DNA of 64,000 nt, taken from assembly GCA_002269645.1 (NCBI GenBank), contig NIVC01000130.1:1-64000 (forward strand), given 5' to 3'. Under the pieces are notes generated by a model that saw only the letters and a program-made list of their open reading frames with translations, made no database searches and was not told the origin of the DNA. Made by a program: the position numbers and the translations under genes. Positions 22,754 to 35,773 of this stretch are shown here, one piece after another (the first letter of the stretch is position 1; each line of letters opens with the position of its first letter). This DNA is from Macrostomum lignano. Its lineage: Eukaryota.

Positions 22754-25055
22754 ATGGTAGAGTCTGAAAATGAAAGCGAGCCTTCTCTCTCAACTGACTA
22801 TTCGGCGCACTTATGCGAGTCCATTAGTTCGCCTTCTGATATTTCATCATTGAGCAATATCAGTGCGAATGCAAATGCACCTAGCATTGAAATCGATCTG
22901 AAGCGGACTAGCACTGCTGCTACTGCTTGCTCTGATGATTTAGTGCCAGATGATGAGGACATTAAAAATCTGTCTAGTCTATCAACCATTTCTGATCCTG
23001 ATGTACAAGCCGCTCTAATCTACCAATGGGCCATTACATCGGGGGTTTCTGAGGCAGCTCTCGATAGGCTATTAAAACTTGCTTCTGTTCTTCTTCGGGG
23101 TGCAGGGCCCCACACATTTCCAACCAGCGCTAAAGTGCTTAAGTCGAGACTAAACAATGTTTGTTCTATTAATGACAGCTGTGTTTCCGAGATTTCTGTT
23201 TGCAGTGAATGCAAAGGCAAATGTGATGTTCATCCTCTAAAGGCAAAAGCTACCGTGACTCTTCTAGACATTGTTCCTCAGCTCCGGGTCATCTTGACTA
23301 GGTACATTGGAACAATTCTCCAGTATGAGCAGGAGTTACGAATGAGTAGAAACAGTGATGTTTTGAATTCTGAAATTGTGAACAAGCAAAATTTAAAGCT
23401 ATCCTCAGGCAAAGAACTCCACTTGCATCTTCTCATATCTGCTGATGGTGCCAACTTTTTCGAAAGCATTCAGAGCAGTTTTTGGCCATTTCAAGCCCAA
23501 ATTCTGAATCTCCCAGGGCACATTCGTCAACGCTTTGCCAATCTAATTCTCATAGCCCTTGTTTCCTCCAGGGCCGTTCCTAACTTTCAATATTTTTTGT
23601 CCGATTTAATGAATCGCTTGCCGAAGCAGTTTGATTTTTTGGACTATTGTGTGTACGTCCATTGCACACTATTTGTGTGTGATTTACCAGCTCTTGCTAA
23701 GCTCTTTTGCATTCGTCAGTTCAATGGGGCATTTAGTTGTCCGAAGTGTCTCCATCCTGGCGAGAGTATAAAAGTGTCTCAAAAGGGATCAAATTGGGTT
23801 TTCCGATTTGACAAGAACCACATTTTTCCTCTGCGAACAGCAGCTAGCTACTCACAATGAGCATTGTCAACTTGCTAACATTCGCAACAAGCCTGTTTTC
23901 GGTGTAAAAGCACGCAGTTGTTTGTTGAACTACATTTCTTTTCCGAACTGCTATGCCATCGACAGCTTACATTGCTTTTTTGAAGGTCATATAAAATACC
24001 TTTTAGAAGAATTGACATCCTCGGCGAATAGACATGAGCAATATTTTTGCTCAACAAGTTGTCTGGCATTTGTCGCAGCTTGTATACGCAATTCTGTCAT
24101 CCCATCCAGTGTTTTCGTTAATTCCAATTTTGGAAGCTTTTCGGATTGGAAGGCCAAGCATTTTAAAAGTTTTGCTTTGTATTTTCTTTTTCCTACCTTA
24201 GTGCAGCGAGTAACGCATTTGCCTCTGAAGCTGCTACTTACTAATTTGGTGCTTCTTTATCACATGCTATATAACCCACGGTCGAATAAGTCCGACATTG
24301 AAAAATTGGCTGAGTCGTTTGTTGGCAATGCTCAGAAAGTCTTCGGTCCGAGAATTTTGCGTCTAAACTTTCACTTGCTTTTGCACATTGCTGATCAGTA
24401 TGAATTGCTTGGTCCTGTGTCTTTTTATTCCATGTTTGCTTTTGAAAGCGCAATTGGAATGTTTAAGAAATTTTTGTGTGGAACTTCATCGTTTGGCTCC
24501 CAGCTAGTATTGAAGTTTTTGTGGCAAAAGGAGCTATTTCATTATTTTAGTCAAGCCCAGGATCCTGCGGTTCTAGAAGCCTTCAATTCTATATCTTTGG
24601 AGCCAATGCGATCAGAGGGCATTCTTCGAAGCTCTGAAGCCTATGTCCATGGATATTTGTTTTCCAGTGTACTCTCTGCTGGCAAATCTACCAGCTCAAA
24701 TCATCTTTGCATTTTGAAGTCTGGCGAAATTTGCTCAATCCTTGAATTTAAATTACCGAATCATGTGCGCGTTCAAATTCTGGAACCAATCGTCTCGCTT
24801 TTTGACTACATTTCTTCTAGCACATCATGGCCTGAGGATTTAGTAGAGTGGCAACAGATGCTTAGCGCAATGTTTAAGAGGTGCTCGTCATTTAATTATG
24901 TTCTAGTTATTTTGTCGACTGCACAGCGATTGTCCCCGGAAAAGTTTGTCAATCTGGCGGATATCGACCGTCCTTGCATTGCTGTTCCCGTAGCGTCCTA
25001 TAGTAAGGATTGCTTTTGTGCTATTCCCCTGTGCAAATCATTTGAGCATGATTAG
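22754..25055 (+). pseudogene. EnSpm/CACTA (Transposase_21-like) transposase split by one frameshift
   Basis: Motifs LISADGANFF...SFWPFQAQILNLP, CDLPALAK...FNGAFSCPKC, AIDSLHCFFEG, WKAKHFKSF, NFHLLLHIAD...GPVSFYSMFAFES. ORFs 22754-23860 and 23808-25055 join if one GCTA of GCTAGCTA (23843-50) is removed. Confidence 0.88.
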
Positions 25056-26145
25056 GAAGCAATTATTTTGTTTACTACGAGTTGACATATGCTTGGCGTG
25101 CTTTAAAAGCAGCTATCCGCTAATTTCGGCGAAAAATTACCTACATCAATGTCAAAAAGTTTGTGGCGCATTCCCGGGTCGGCTTTTTATCAAATGCAGA
25201 ATGTGACATAATATCTGGTTGCCAAGAGTGGCAGTTAGCAATAGCGAAAAATTGACTTGTAAATCTTTGAATTTGTTTGATAAAAGTGCGCCAGATGTGT
25301 CATTTTATCCGTGTGCATTCATATTTGTTCAACTTTCAATTTATCATGCGCCATTATTTAGGGCTTTATGTTCGATGCCTTCAAAAGCTACACATGTGCG
25401 TTCCATGCCCCCCATTGTGTTTCATGCGAGCATACGTTTTTGCAGTTAATTTTTTGTGTACATTTTCATATTGTTCCTTTTGTGCTCCAATGCTTGCTTC
25501 TAATTTCTATTCATTGTCTATTTTTTATTACGTCATGTCTTATGTACATGTACTCTATCCAGTGAAAATTTGTACTCCAATGCATATGCTTTTCGTGTGT
25601 CAGCACTTTTTTGTCGTTGATTGCTCCGTTACATTTTTCACAGTCTTTTATGCTACTAGACTCCTATGTTTCGCTGTCATTTCTATCAACTGTTTAATTT
25701 TTTGTGTGCATTTTTTCATGTTCTCTTTTAATAGTTTTTATTTTATTTTTCTCAAATACATGTCGTTTTCCCATTTCTATAAAGGCTATAAAATTTACCT
25801 ATATAACACACTTTCGTTGCTATGAAATGATTTCCATTGGATTTGCTTTTGTTTCTTTTAGAGCTTCTTTAAAGAATAATGATAATTACGAATGATCAAG
25901 GACAACAATTAGGAATATATAAAGCGCTCTAAGCACATGTTGTAATTTCTACTTGCAAAAGTAGTGTCATGAGGAATATTGACCGCTTTTTAGTTTCATA
26001 CATGGACATGGATGGCATCTTTCCATGCATGAATTCAACATGGAACCATACATGATCACGGATGGGGCCATACATGAGCAGGGATGATACATGGATGGGT
26101 TCATGTATGAATCATGGATGACTTGTCCATGATTGGAGTCTAGGG

Positions 26146-26417
26146 TAATGCTTCGTCCCGACAGTTAATGCTTTGTCCCGACAGTTAATGCTTCATCCCG
26201 ACAGTTAAATTCGGCCATATCCCGACAGTTAATGCTTCGTCCCGACAGTTTATGCTTTGTCCCGACAGTTAATGCTGCGTCCCGACAGTTAAATTCGGCC
26301 ATATCCCGACAGTTAATGCTTCGTCCCGACAGTAAAATTCGGCCATATCCCGACAGTTAATGCTTCGTCCCGACAGTTAATGCTTCGTCCCGACAGTTAA
26401 ATTCGGCCATATCCCTA
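26146..26417 (+). repeat. Satellite segment 2 (20/24-bp)
   Basis: Same monomers as segment 1, lying between the two CCCTAG elements. Confidence 0.97.
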
Positions 26418-29240
26418 CCCTAGTTGACAATCTTACAAACTGACTTGTCAGATCTGATTTCTCTTGAATAGTCTTATTAAATCTTCTCAGATCTGTTCAG
26501 AAAATGTAAGTGACAGATAAAAATCTATGATTAGTATGTTTTGTATGCAAACAATATTTTCCTGCTTTGAAAGTCGACAAAGCTTTTATAATGTGATAAT
26601 TTAATTCACTAATTCACAGTTTAGTTGATCTAACAGATTTCGCAAGGTGATAATGCAAGTTGCGATTGCATATGTATCGAAGGGAAAATTTATAATAGGT
26701 AAAAGGAGTACTGCACAGCAGAATTGTATCACATATAAAATTTCAGCATGATGTGTTTCATTTTTACAGTTTAGTAATCTTAAACTGATATTCCTATGTA
26801 CATGTGTACATATATGTAGTCATTTTTCCACTGTCGTAAAATATTTGCTAAATGTATAAGAAACTATAAAAACGTATTTGTACACTTAAGTAATATATAA
26901 TAGTTGTATTTACTTATCTAAATGGGCAAATGGGCAAGTTTATAAATAAAAAATGTGCCCTGTTTGTTTTAACTATGTTTTCTTTTAAATAAGCTTCTGC
27001 TGTATTTACTTTCGTAGATCGATTTATCGGATATTCATCTAGGCTTACAAATTTACCAACGCGTCTGCTAATTTGTAGGCCTAAGCCTATGAAAAGTTTT
27101 TTGCTACTTTCTATTTTAATTTTTCAGTAAATACTTTATTTGCAATGCAAGTGACAAGAGCAGCCATTAATGGCCCGAGTCCAGGAAATGAAGCTAAAGT
27201 CTTTGTGTCTTTGTACTGCATTCTGTGCTGTGGTAGCAGTACTAAGAATTTTTTACAAATCTTCAAGCTAACAGACACTCGATTTTCATCATGTTCTTTA
27301 GAAGCACGCCTGCGTTGAGATTTTGTAAGTATGGAGCTCTACATTGTTAATTAGAGAAAAAATGATGATAAGATAAGCATTGGCCTAGCCCTAGCCTACC
27401 TAGCCTAAGCCAAGCCCTAGGCACATGATGAAGATGGCCACAGCTCTAAATATCTAAATAGATCATAGGCCTAGGTCTATATATTTCCTCATTTCCTATT
27501 ATTAGTATAATGGAGATAAGTAAGGGAGATAAGTACTAGGATGGAATGGATATAAAATGGAATTAGATTAGACCTAACCAAACAAAAACTTGAAAAAACA
27601 ATTTTGTATTGTGAATAAAGTCTATAAATCTGTTATTGCATGATATTTATATATTCAATTATAATTAAACTTCATAATTTACATAATGATGGCACTAGGG
27701 GGGGGGGGCTAAGTTATGAATTAATATTAAAAAGTTGATAATACAGAGATTAAAAAATTCTATGCTGTAGCCATCTTGGACTTGGTTTTACACCCTACAT
27801 GTATCACTAAGCCATGTTGCCCTTCCATTGTCATTCTATCCTAGTTTGGTTTTCACATTTTTTTCTAATTTTGACCTAGACCTATTTTTTAAAAAGTATT
27901 TGGGCTAAAAATATAGCAGTGAAGTATAATTTGCATATTTAAAAACATTAAGGCAAAACCTTTATGCTTTTTAATCATTGGGACAGATATTTTAAACCAA
28001 ATGTGTAGTGTATAAAGGCATTGTCCAGTGTCCAAGCCATTAATTCTTTTATACCCGCAGCCACAGAGCCAACAAATCTGCTGTCAAGTTTGATTGATAT
28101 GGTAAATCATTAGATTTTAGAAAGAAGCAAACAAATGCTTTCAAGAAATCATGCAAAATATTGATTTTAACCTACCTGCAACTTGAGTAAGTATTGTGCA
28201 TATTTCTCTGAAAAGTACTAGTGTATTTCATTATCATTATTTCAATTATTGTATATGTATACTCCACTTTATTTTTATTTCAAGATGCTTTTCGGGCTTG
28301 CTATGGACAGACACTGGAGAGCTACTTGGCTGTTGCTCAACCAAGCATCTAGATATTGTGCCAGGACAAGTGTCAAGAAGCACAGGTGTCAGCAGGCCAA
28401 TCTGCCAATGGCTGCAGCAGATGGCACTATGAATGGTGCTTGACTTGGTGTGTCAGTTTTTATAAAATTCTTCTTTAACTTCAAAGTTTCGGATTTGTTT
28501 GTTTTTTATGTAATGCACTTAAGACACAAAATTAAAAAAGTAAGGTAAAAAATTACAGTTGCTTTTAACTTTTTGATTGATTAATTAACTAATTGCAGGT
28601 AAAACTTGAAGGAATTTTAAAAGTTTCCTTCATAAAGACGTCAATTAAAACAATTTTTGCTGTTGGTTTTAGTGCTAAATAGTTAAATAGAAGTACTGGT
28701 ATAATAGTAAGTTAAACATCTTTTAATTGTTATTAAATTGTTATGCAGTGCTTAAAAGACCTTGCTTTTTGGTTTAGTTATGACTGCATTTGCAGATGAA
28801 TTTTGTTTGCATGTTTCTTTGTGCCAATTTTTCTGTCCTAAATAAATTGCCAAAGTTGATTTTTGGTTTTCTAATGCCTACAGTCTGTCTTGAATATAAT
28901 TAAATGACAATAATAAATGCTTTTTTCTAATAAATCCAACCTTATATAAAATTATTTATTGCTGTACATAAACACAAATATAAAGCTTTTTAAGCAATTA
29001 ATTGTTTATATTCTTTTTCCTTTTATTAATATTCGAGAATCAAAGAACCAAAAATGCTGACCATTGAATTCTGCATAGATAAACATATGCAAAATTTCCT
29101 GCGATTTCTTGCCAGATCTTACCCAACTCTTGTCAAATCTTACAGGATACCTTAAGTAAGATCTTATAATTTCTTTGGAATTATTGAAGGAATTGGTAAG
29201 TCAGATTTTGTAAGATTTGGCAAGTCATTGTCAACTAGGG
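26418..29240 (+). mobile_element. Non-autonomous CMC-like element, 2823 bp, inserted in the satellite
   Basis: 14-bp perfect TIR CCCTAGTTGACAAT, TA TSD (26416-17 / 29241-42), subterminal AATCTTACAAA/TGACTT repeats; no transposase. Confidence 0.9.
27128..28443 (+). pseudogene. Degraded exons homologous to the CMC accessory gene
   Basis: Putative exon remnants ~27128-27325 (NEAKVFVSLY, contains a stop), ~28061-28101 and ~28283-28443 (HWRATWLLLNQASR) resemble NDPKVFIKRY and IWQSVRDHLNQLAR of the 20625-22576 gene. Confidence 0.55.
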
Positions 29241-29913
29241 TACAGTTAATGCTTCGTCCCGACAGTTAATGCTTTGTCCCGACAGTTAATGCTTCGTCCC
29301 GACAGTTAATGCTTCGTCCCGACAGTTAATGCTTCGTCCCGACAGTTTATGCTTTGTCCCGACAGTTAATGCTTCGTCCCGACAGTAAAATTCGGCCATA
29401 TCCCGACAGTTAATGCTTTGTCCCGACAGTTATATTCGGCCATATCCCGACAGTTAATGATTCGTCCCGACAGTTAATGCTTCGTCCTGACAGTTAAATT
29501 CGGCCATATCCCGACAGTTAATGCTTCGTCCCGACAGTTAATGCTTTGTCCCGACAGTTAATGCTTCATCCCGACAGTTAAATACGGCCATATCCCGACA
29601 GTTAATGCTTCGTCCCGACAGTTAATGCTTTGTCCCGACAGTTAATGCTTCATCCCGACAGTTAAATTCGGCCATATCCCGACAGTTAATGCTTCGTCCC
29701 GACAGTTAATGCTTTGTCCCGACAGTTAATGCTTCATCCCGACAGTTAAATTCGGCCATATCCCGACAGTTAATGCTTCGTCCCGACAGTTAATGCTTTG
29801 TCCCGACAGTTAATGCTTCATCCCGACAGTTAAATTCGGCCATATCCCGACAGTTAATGCTTCGTCCCGACAGTTTATGCTTTGTCCCGACAGTTAATGC
29901 TTCGTCCCGACAG
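29241..29913 (+). repeat. Satellite segment 3 (20/24-bp)
   Basis: Same monomers; shares rare variants (TATATTCGGCC, AATGATTCG, AAATACGGCC) with 17860-18020. Confidence 0.97.
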
Positions 29914-30904
29914 TAGTTGAATTCGGCCTTCTTGCAGCTAATATCTCGTACTGTTAAAACATTTTATTATGTTGCGTTTTATGTTTAACAAGAACTGTTA
30001 AAGCTTTATATTTTTCATGCACTCTTCTAGACTTCAGCAGTTAAATTGAAGGTGGAGTCATTGAAAAATGTATTTTTATGGTATATTAGTGTTGAAATTA
30101 AAGTCCTCATCAACGATAAGCTGCATTTTATGATACGTAAATGTGTTCTGAAATAATTGTTTTTTATGAATACGAAATAATAAAAAACAAAACTAATTTG
30201 TTTGTAATAGTAATTTTTAGCAAAAAAATGGAAAATCTAGTTGCTGTAAACTTTGTTTTAGTACACTAAAATATCGGTCGGAATATCGATAGGAATATCG
30301 ATCGGAATATCGGTCGGTAAATGTTATACACGTAAATTTTAATTTTAGTTTTTTGGCTGAAACGATATAATTAGTTAAATAATTAAATTTAATAGATGAC
30401 AAAAGGCAGGAGCACAGCACACGACTGTTTTCTTAGTTGGGTGCTATCAATATTTAGTATTAAGCCTAGCCGCATTTTTTATATTACCGCAATGTAATAA
30501 CAATTTTAAATAAGACCTACTGTCTTACAGCATCTGAATGACTAATTCGCTGAATAAATCTGAAAAGCTATCTATCTGGTTAAAATAAGAATCAGTTTAA
30601 TAGGGCTTAATCGAAGTCTAAAATAATTAATATAAGTTTTTAAGATATCGAATTTAAGATATAGGTCTATAAAAATTAAGTTTCATTGCTTGAGTCTTCA
30701 ACCTTTTTGACAATATTTCCCTTAAGGGCTTAACAAAAGCTTTTAAACTGCCAAACTGACAATGCCAATGGCAATTTTCATTAATGTCTGCCCGAGAAAA
30801 AAAAACAAACCAAACTTGCTAAGTACTTGGTAAGTCAACAATGCAACCTCGTGGCAAGTACCGCCTAAGTACTTTCTAAGTTTTCCAAGTAGGCCTACAC
30901 TCAA

Positions 30905-31690
30905 TAAACTTTCCAAGTATGCAATGTTTTCTCCAGTCACTTCTCAAGTACTTTCCAAGTATGCAATGTTTTCTCCAGTCACTTCTCAAGTACTTTCCAA
31001 GTATGTAATGTTTTCTCCAGTCACTTCTCAAGTACTTTCCAAGTATGCAATGTTTTCTCCAGTCACTTCTCAAGTACTTTCCAAGTATGTAATGTTTTCT
31101 CCAGTCACTTCTCAAGTACTTTCCAAGTATGCAATGTTTTCTCCAGTCACTTCTCAAGTACTTTCCAAGTATGTAATGTTTTCTCCAGTCACTTCTCAAG
31201 TACTTTCCAAGTATGCTATGTTTTGTTAAGTCACTTCTCTAGTACTTTCCAAGTATGCAATGTTTTCTCAAGTCACTTCTCAAGTACTTTCCAAGTATGC
31301 AATGTTTTCTCAAGTCACTTCTCAAGTACTTTCCAAGTATGCTATGTTTTGTTAAGTCACTTCTCAAGTACTTTCCAAGTATGCAATGTTTTCTCAAGTC
31401 ACTTCTCAAACTTGTACTTTCCAAGTATGCAATGTTTTCTCAAGTCACTTTTCAAGTACCTTCCAAGTATGCAATGTTTTCTCAAGTCACTTTTCAAGTA
31501 CCTTCCAAGTATGCAATGTTTTCTCAAGTCACTTTTCAAGTACCTTTCAAGTATGCAATGTTTTCTCAAGTCACTTTTCAAGTACCTTCCAAGTATGCAA
31601 TGTTTTCTCAAGTCACTTTTCAAGTACCTTCCAAGTATGCAATGTTTTCTCAAGTCACTTTTCAAGTACCTTCCAAGTATGCAATGTTCA
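30905..31690 (+). repeat. 42-bp tandem array (left subterminal)
   Basis: Unit TACTTTCCAAGTATGCAATGTTTTCTCCAGTCACTTCTCAAG, ~18 copies with ordered variants. Confidence 0.97.
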
Positions 31691-33917
31691 CAAGAGCTAT
31701 AAATACTTATCACATTTCAAATTGATTTAGGTGACTTATTTACTAGAAAGTATATGGTTCCAAGTCTAATAAACTTAAATATCTAATTTATCTATAGAGC
31801 ACTTGGCAAAATGTTGATAACTCATACTATGGACTTGCAAAATTTACAAAGAACAAAAAATAATTTCATCATACAGAATTTCACTTGTTAAAGAAAAAAT
31901 TCAACAAGCAATAGGAGCTTCAAAATAATTGTTAAATGTACTGTTATATTGTATTCAAAGTATTGATGCACATAAAAGTTGCAACTTAACAAATTATTCA
32001 GATGATCACAGGCAGAAAAATGCAAGACAAAGAAAAAGCAGCATAAAAAATAAATTGCTTAGTCAGGTGCCAATTTTTTTTAACAAAATTAGTAAAAAAT
32101 GTACAATTATACAGCTAACAAATCTTCATTGTTTTCAGCAGGTTTTTTAAATGTAGATGATGACATTTGTAGATGGTAGCTGAAATGGAAATTAAGTGAA
32201 TATGAATAATTGGATATTTCACAAAAAAATTAAACCATGTAAGTTTTACCCAGGTAATAGTTCTTAATCTAAAGAAATGCTATGTAAATGCTCTTTATAA
32301 TATAATTACTATTTTGAGACTAATAGCAATCTTTTTTGAATGTAATAAATAAGTCTTTAAAATATTTTTATAGATATATTATAAAATGTAGAAAGTATTG
32401 AAATCTAAATATATTCCAAACAAAAATATTACTTTGCTTTTAAATAAAAATTTAATTTAGGCCTTGTCCTTAATAGACCAATAATACAACATTACATAGT
32501 TCATAAATATACTTAAATATTTTTTTATTATAAATTGCTTAATTTTCTGATCTTAAAATCTAAATCATCAAATTACTAAAAATAAAAATATTCTATAAAC
32601 TAAAAATAAAATTTTAAGTCTAAATACTTCTAGGCTTATAATTAAAAACTAACTAGGCTTATATTATATTTCTAATAAGCAAAAGACAATTTATTAGAAT
32701 GATTATAATTACAATAGGGCCTAATCAACATATATCCTAAGACTTAATAAAACAATATTATTATTACTAATCTATTATCAATAATAAAAGTCAAAAATGT
32801 GCAATCAAAATTAATAACATAGCCTGGATAATTCTAGTCTAGCTGTCTAAAACTAAAAGTAAAAAAACAAAGTATTTTTACTCTGAAGCATTTCTTGCAC
32901 TTTTTACAATGACATTAAATCTGAAACTGAAGATTAAAAACAGAAGCTAAAAGGCAAAACTGTAAACAAGGTCAAGGTTAGATAAGGGAGGCCAGATGAT
33001 TTTTCCTATAAATATAGGCCTACTAACTAACCATTATGCAGATCAAGACAATAATTCTTAAGTCACAACTCACAAAAGTCAGTTTTAAAATTTTATCTAT
33101 ATTTATATTCTGAGTCAGTATCAGTATTATACTAAGCCCATATGACTATAATATTAGCCCCTAAAAAACTTCTAGATCTAGTTAAAGCCAAGAAGGCAGG
33201 CCTATGCCTATAGCCAGTATAGGGCATAGTGGGTAGGCTGGCCTACTGGGCCATATAAAATGTCAATTACAATAACTATAGTCAGCCAATTGTTGAGCGA
33301 CAAGGTATATCAACTATTATATGAAATAAAATCGGCAACAAATAATTGCTAAAAGGCCTATCTAACTAAAGCCTAACTTTGAAAAGAAAGATAAAAGGAC
33401 AATTTTACACAAACCTGATGCGAAAGCGAAAATTAGAATTCTTATTTCGAATTTTGACAGTTTAAACAAATTAGATAATAATCATTTGCCCAAACAATAT
33501 AAGATGTAATATTAATTTCATTTGTTAATGAAACAAACACTCAAGAATCAGTAAATACTGATATTTTAGCAAAACTTCCTAAAATTTTTATCATAATAGA
33601 TTAGTAAAAGAATTAAAGTCTTGCAATGTGCAATTGTGTAAATGTATTTATAGAGTCTTTTCATGTAAATTATGCAATCCAAAAGAATGTTTGCCTTTTA
33701 CGGAAAACTAGCTTTGATGATGCAGCTAGCCAAGCTCATAAATCTTCCCAAAGAAAAATACAGACACCTTCGGGATGTATTGCTATAGCTGTATTCAGCT
33801 GTATTCAGGAATCCAAAAATTCTGAGGAATAGCCATATAATCATTTTTTGTGAGCGGGAGCAATGTCAGCTAAATAAAAGCTGTTATCCTGCTGGTAAAA
33901 AAAGGTGTATGTACGGA

Positions 33918-34600
33918 TTTTGCAAACTTGGAAAGTCGAACCAAGTAGGCTCTACTTTGGATACTTTCTAAGTACTTGGATGTAGACATCGGAAGTGTAC
34001 TTTGCAAACTTGGAAAGTCGAACCAAGTAGGCTCTACTTTGGATACTTTCTAAGTACTTGGATGTAGACATTGGAAGTGTACTTTGCATACTTGGAAAGT
34101 CAACCAAGTAGGCTCTACTTTGGATACTTTCCAAGTACTTGGATGTAGACATCGGAAGTGTACTTTGCAAACTTGGAAAGTCGAACCAAGTAGGCTCTAC
34201 TTTGGATACTTTCTAAGTACTTGGATGTAGACATTGGAAGTGTACTTTGCAAACTTGGAAAGTCGAACCAAGTAGGCTCTACTTTGGATACTTTCTAAGT
34301 ACTTGGATGTAGACATTGGAAGTGTACTTTGCATACTTGGAAAGTCAACCAAGTAGGCTCTACTTTGGATACTTTCCAAGTACTTGGATGTAGACATCGG
34401 AAGTGTACTTTGCAAACTTGGAAAGTCGAACCAAGTAGGCTCTACTTTGGATACTTTCTAAGTACTTGGATGTAGACATCGGAAGTGTACTTTGCAAACT
34501 TGGAAAGTCGAACCAAGTAGGCTCTACTTTGGATACTTTCTAAGTACTTGGATGTAGACATCGGAAGTGTACTTTGCAAACTTGGAAAGTCGATTGAAGT
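33918..34600 (-). repeat. 81/82-bp tandem array with 245-bp higher-order period (right subterminal)
   Basis: CCAAGTAGGC anchors at 33941, 34023, 34104, 34186 (82,81,82); the reverse complement shares CTTTCCAAGT(A/T)TGCAA with the left array. Confidence 0.95.
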
Positions 34601-34834
34601 TAGGTAAAAACATTGCATACTTTTTAAGTACATGACAATGATACTTTGCAAACTTGGTAAGTCAACAATGTCATCCAAGTACATGGTTGACTTGGAAAGT
34701 TTAGCATGTTTTTTTTTCCCGGGTGTTGTTCTATCTCCTCTTAGGCCTACCCAATAAATCAAGAGCTTCAATGGTCTTTGAAGCCTTTTCTAATATTGAA
34801 TATGAATAAGGCCAATATTACTAGATATCAAAAT

Positions 34835-35773
34835 GGAAGTGCTTATCCCCACGGTCCCATGCCTATAATTCCAATTTTATCCACACAGATCTATGTCAAT
34901 AATTTCTAGCTTATCCAGGGTTTTCTTTTTTGCCAGAGACAAGTTGCAAAATTGCACCTTATGCTCACTTTCATGGTGCAATTTTAAGGCTCAAAGTGCA
35001 ATTTCTCTTTTTTCTTATTTTAAGGCAGTGCAAATGAATGAGGCTTTAATAGAAAAATAGGTTATAAGACTGCACCTAAACTGCACCTACATTTCAATTT
35101 CAAGGTGCAATTTTAAAACTTAAGGTACATATGCACACTCTACTAACAAAAAATAAACCCAGAGCTTATCCCCATGGCAGTTTATTCAAGTTATTGAAAA
35201 AGCTGCCACCTTTCAAGTCTATATAAGCCGTGTCAATAATTATAATTTTATCAACATGGATCCATGTCAATAATTTTTAGCTTAGGCCTTAGGCCTATCC
35301 CCATAGCTAAGGTTGTGCAGTTGTTTGTGTTGTGTTTAGTTTTGTGTACTGATGTGAATCGATATTGTTATTATTATTATTTATTAGTAATATTATCATT
35401 ATTGTTATATATATTGAAAGTTAAATTTTGCAAGTCTTATTTGCAAATTTCCTGATAATTTGCCTTGATCTTTGGGTCATTTGGTCATTCTAAGTAATGC
35501 CAGCACAGCAGCTAATCAAATATGACAAACCCTTTTAATGACAAAAAGTTTTAACCAAGTACTTAATACTAGGGGCCTATCTAGTATTCAATATATGTAG
35601 TTTATTTGGAAGATTTGTAAAATAGTAAAAACAAAAAGATGGTTAATGAACAGATTCATTTTAAGGTTCTTTATTCTAATAAGCTACCATGGGGATAAGC
35701 TAGAAATTATCAACATGGATCTATGTGGATAAAATTAGAATTATTGGCATGGGACCATAGGGATAAGCACTTC
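34835..35773. mobile_element. MULE-type MITE (GGAAGTGCTTATCCCC family)
   Basis: Long TIRs (GGAAGTGCTTATCCCCACGGTCCCATGCC...); near-perfect 9-bp TSD TATCAAAAT / TATCAAAAA. Confidence 0.75.

Larger units (their letters stand above)
18623..26145 (+). mobile_element. CMC/EnSpm(CACTA)-like DNA transposon, 7523 bp, inserted in the satellite
   Basis: Perfect 20-bp TIR CCCTAGACTCCAATCATGGA, TA TSD (18621-22 / 26146-47), CATGG-rich subterminal repeats, internal transposase plus accessory gene. Confidence 0.92.
30791..34723. mobile_element. Third CCC...GGG non-autonomous CMC-like element with expanded subterminal arrays
   Basis: Left end CCCGAGAAAAAAAAACAAACCAAACTTGCTAAGT; right end (reverse complement) CCCGGGAAAAAAAAAACATGCTAAACTTTCCAAGT; TG duplicated on both sides (30789-90 / 34724-25). 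Confidence 0.8.

Noticed and set aside
23808-23860. Programmed ribosomal frameshift in the CMC transposase
   Set aside because: No slippery heptamer at the junction; a simple 4-bp duplication explains the shift, and this family is not known to frameshift.
25277-25825. 182-aa hydrophobic ORF near the right end of the CMC element
   Set aside because: T-rich low-complexity composition with an alternative start codon and no recognisable motif.
15083-29913. CRISPR array
   Set aside because: Monomers are directly adjacent with no unique spacers, there are no cas genes, and the context is eukaryotic.
30255-30325. CACTA left end (TA-CACTAAAA plus ATATCGGTCGG repeats) or inverted partner of the satellite
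   Set aside because: Only ~60 bp, no matching opposite end nearby, and the similarity to the satellite core (ATATTCCGAC vs ATATCCCGAC) is too short to support.
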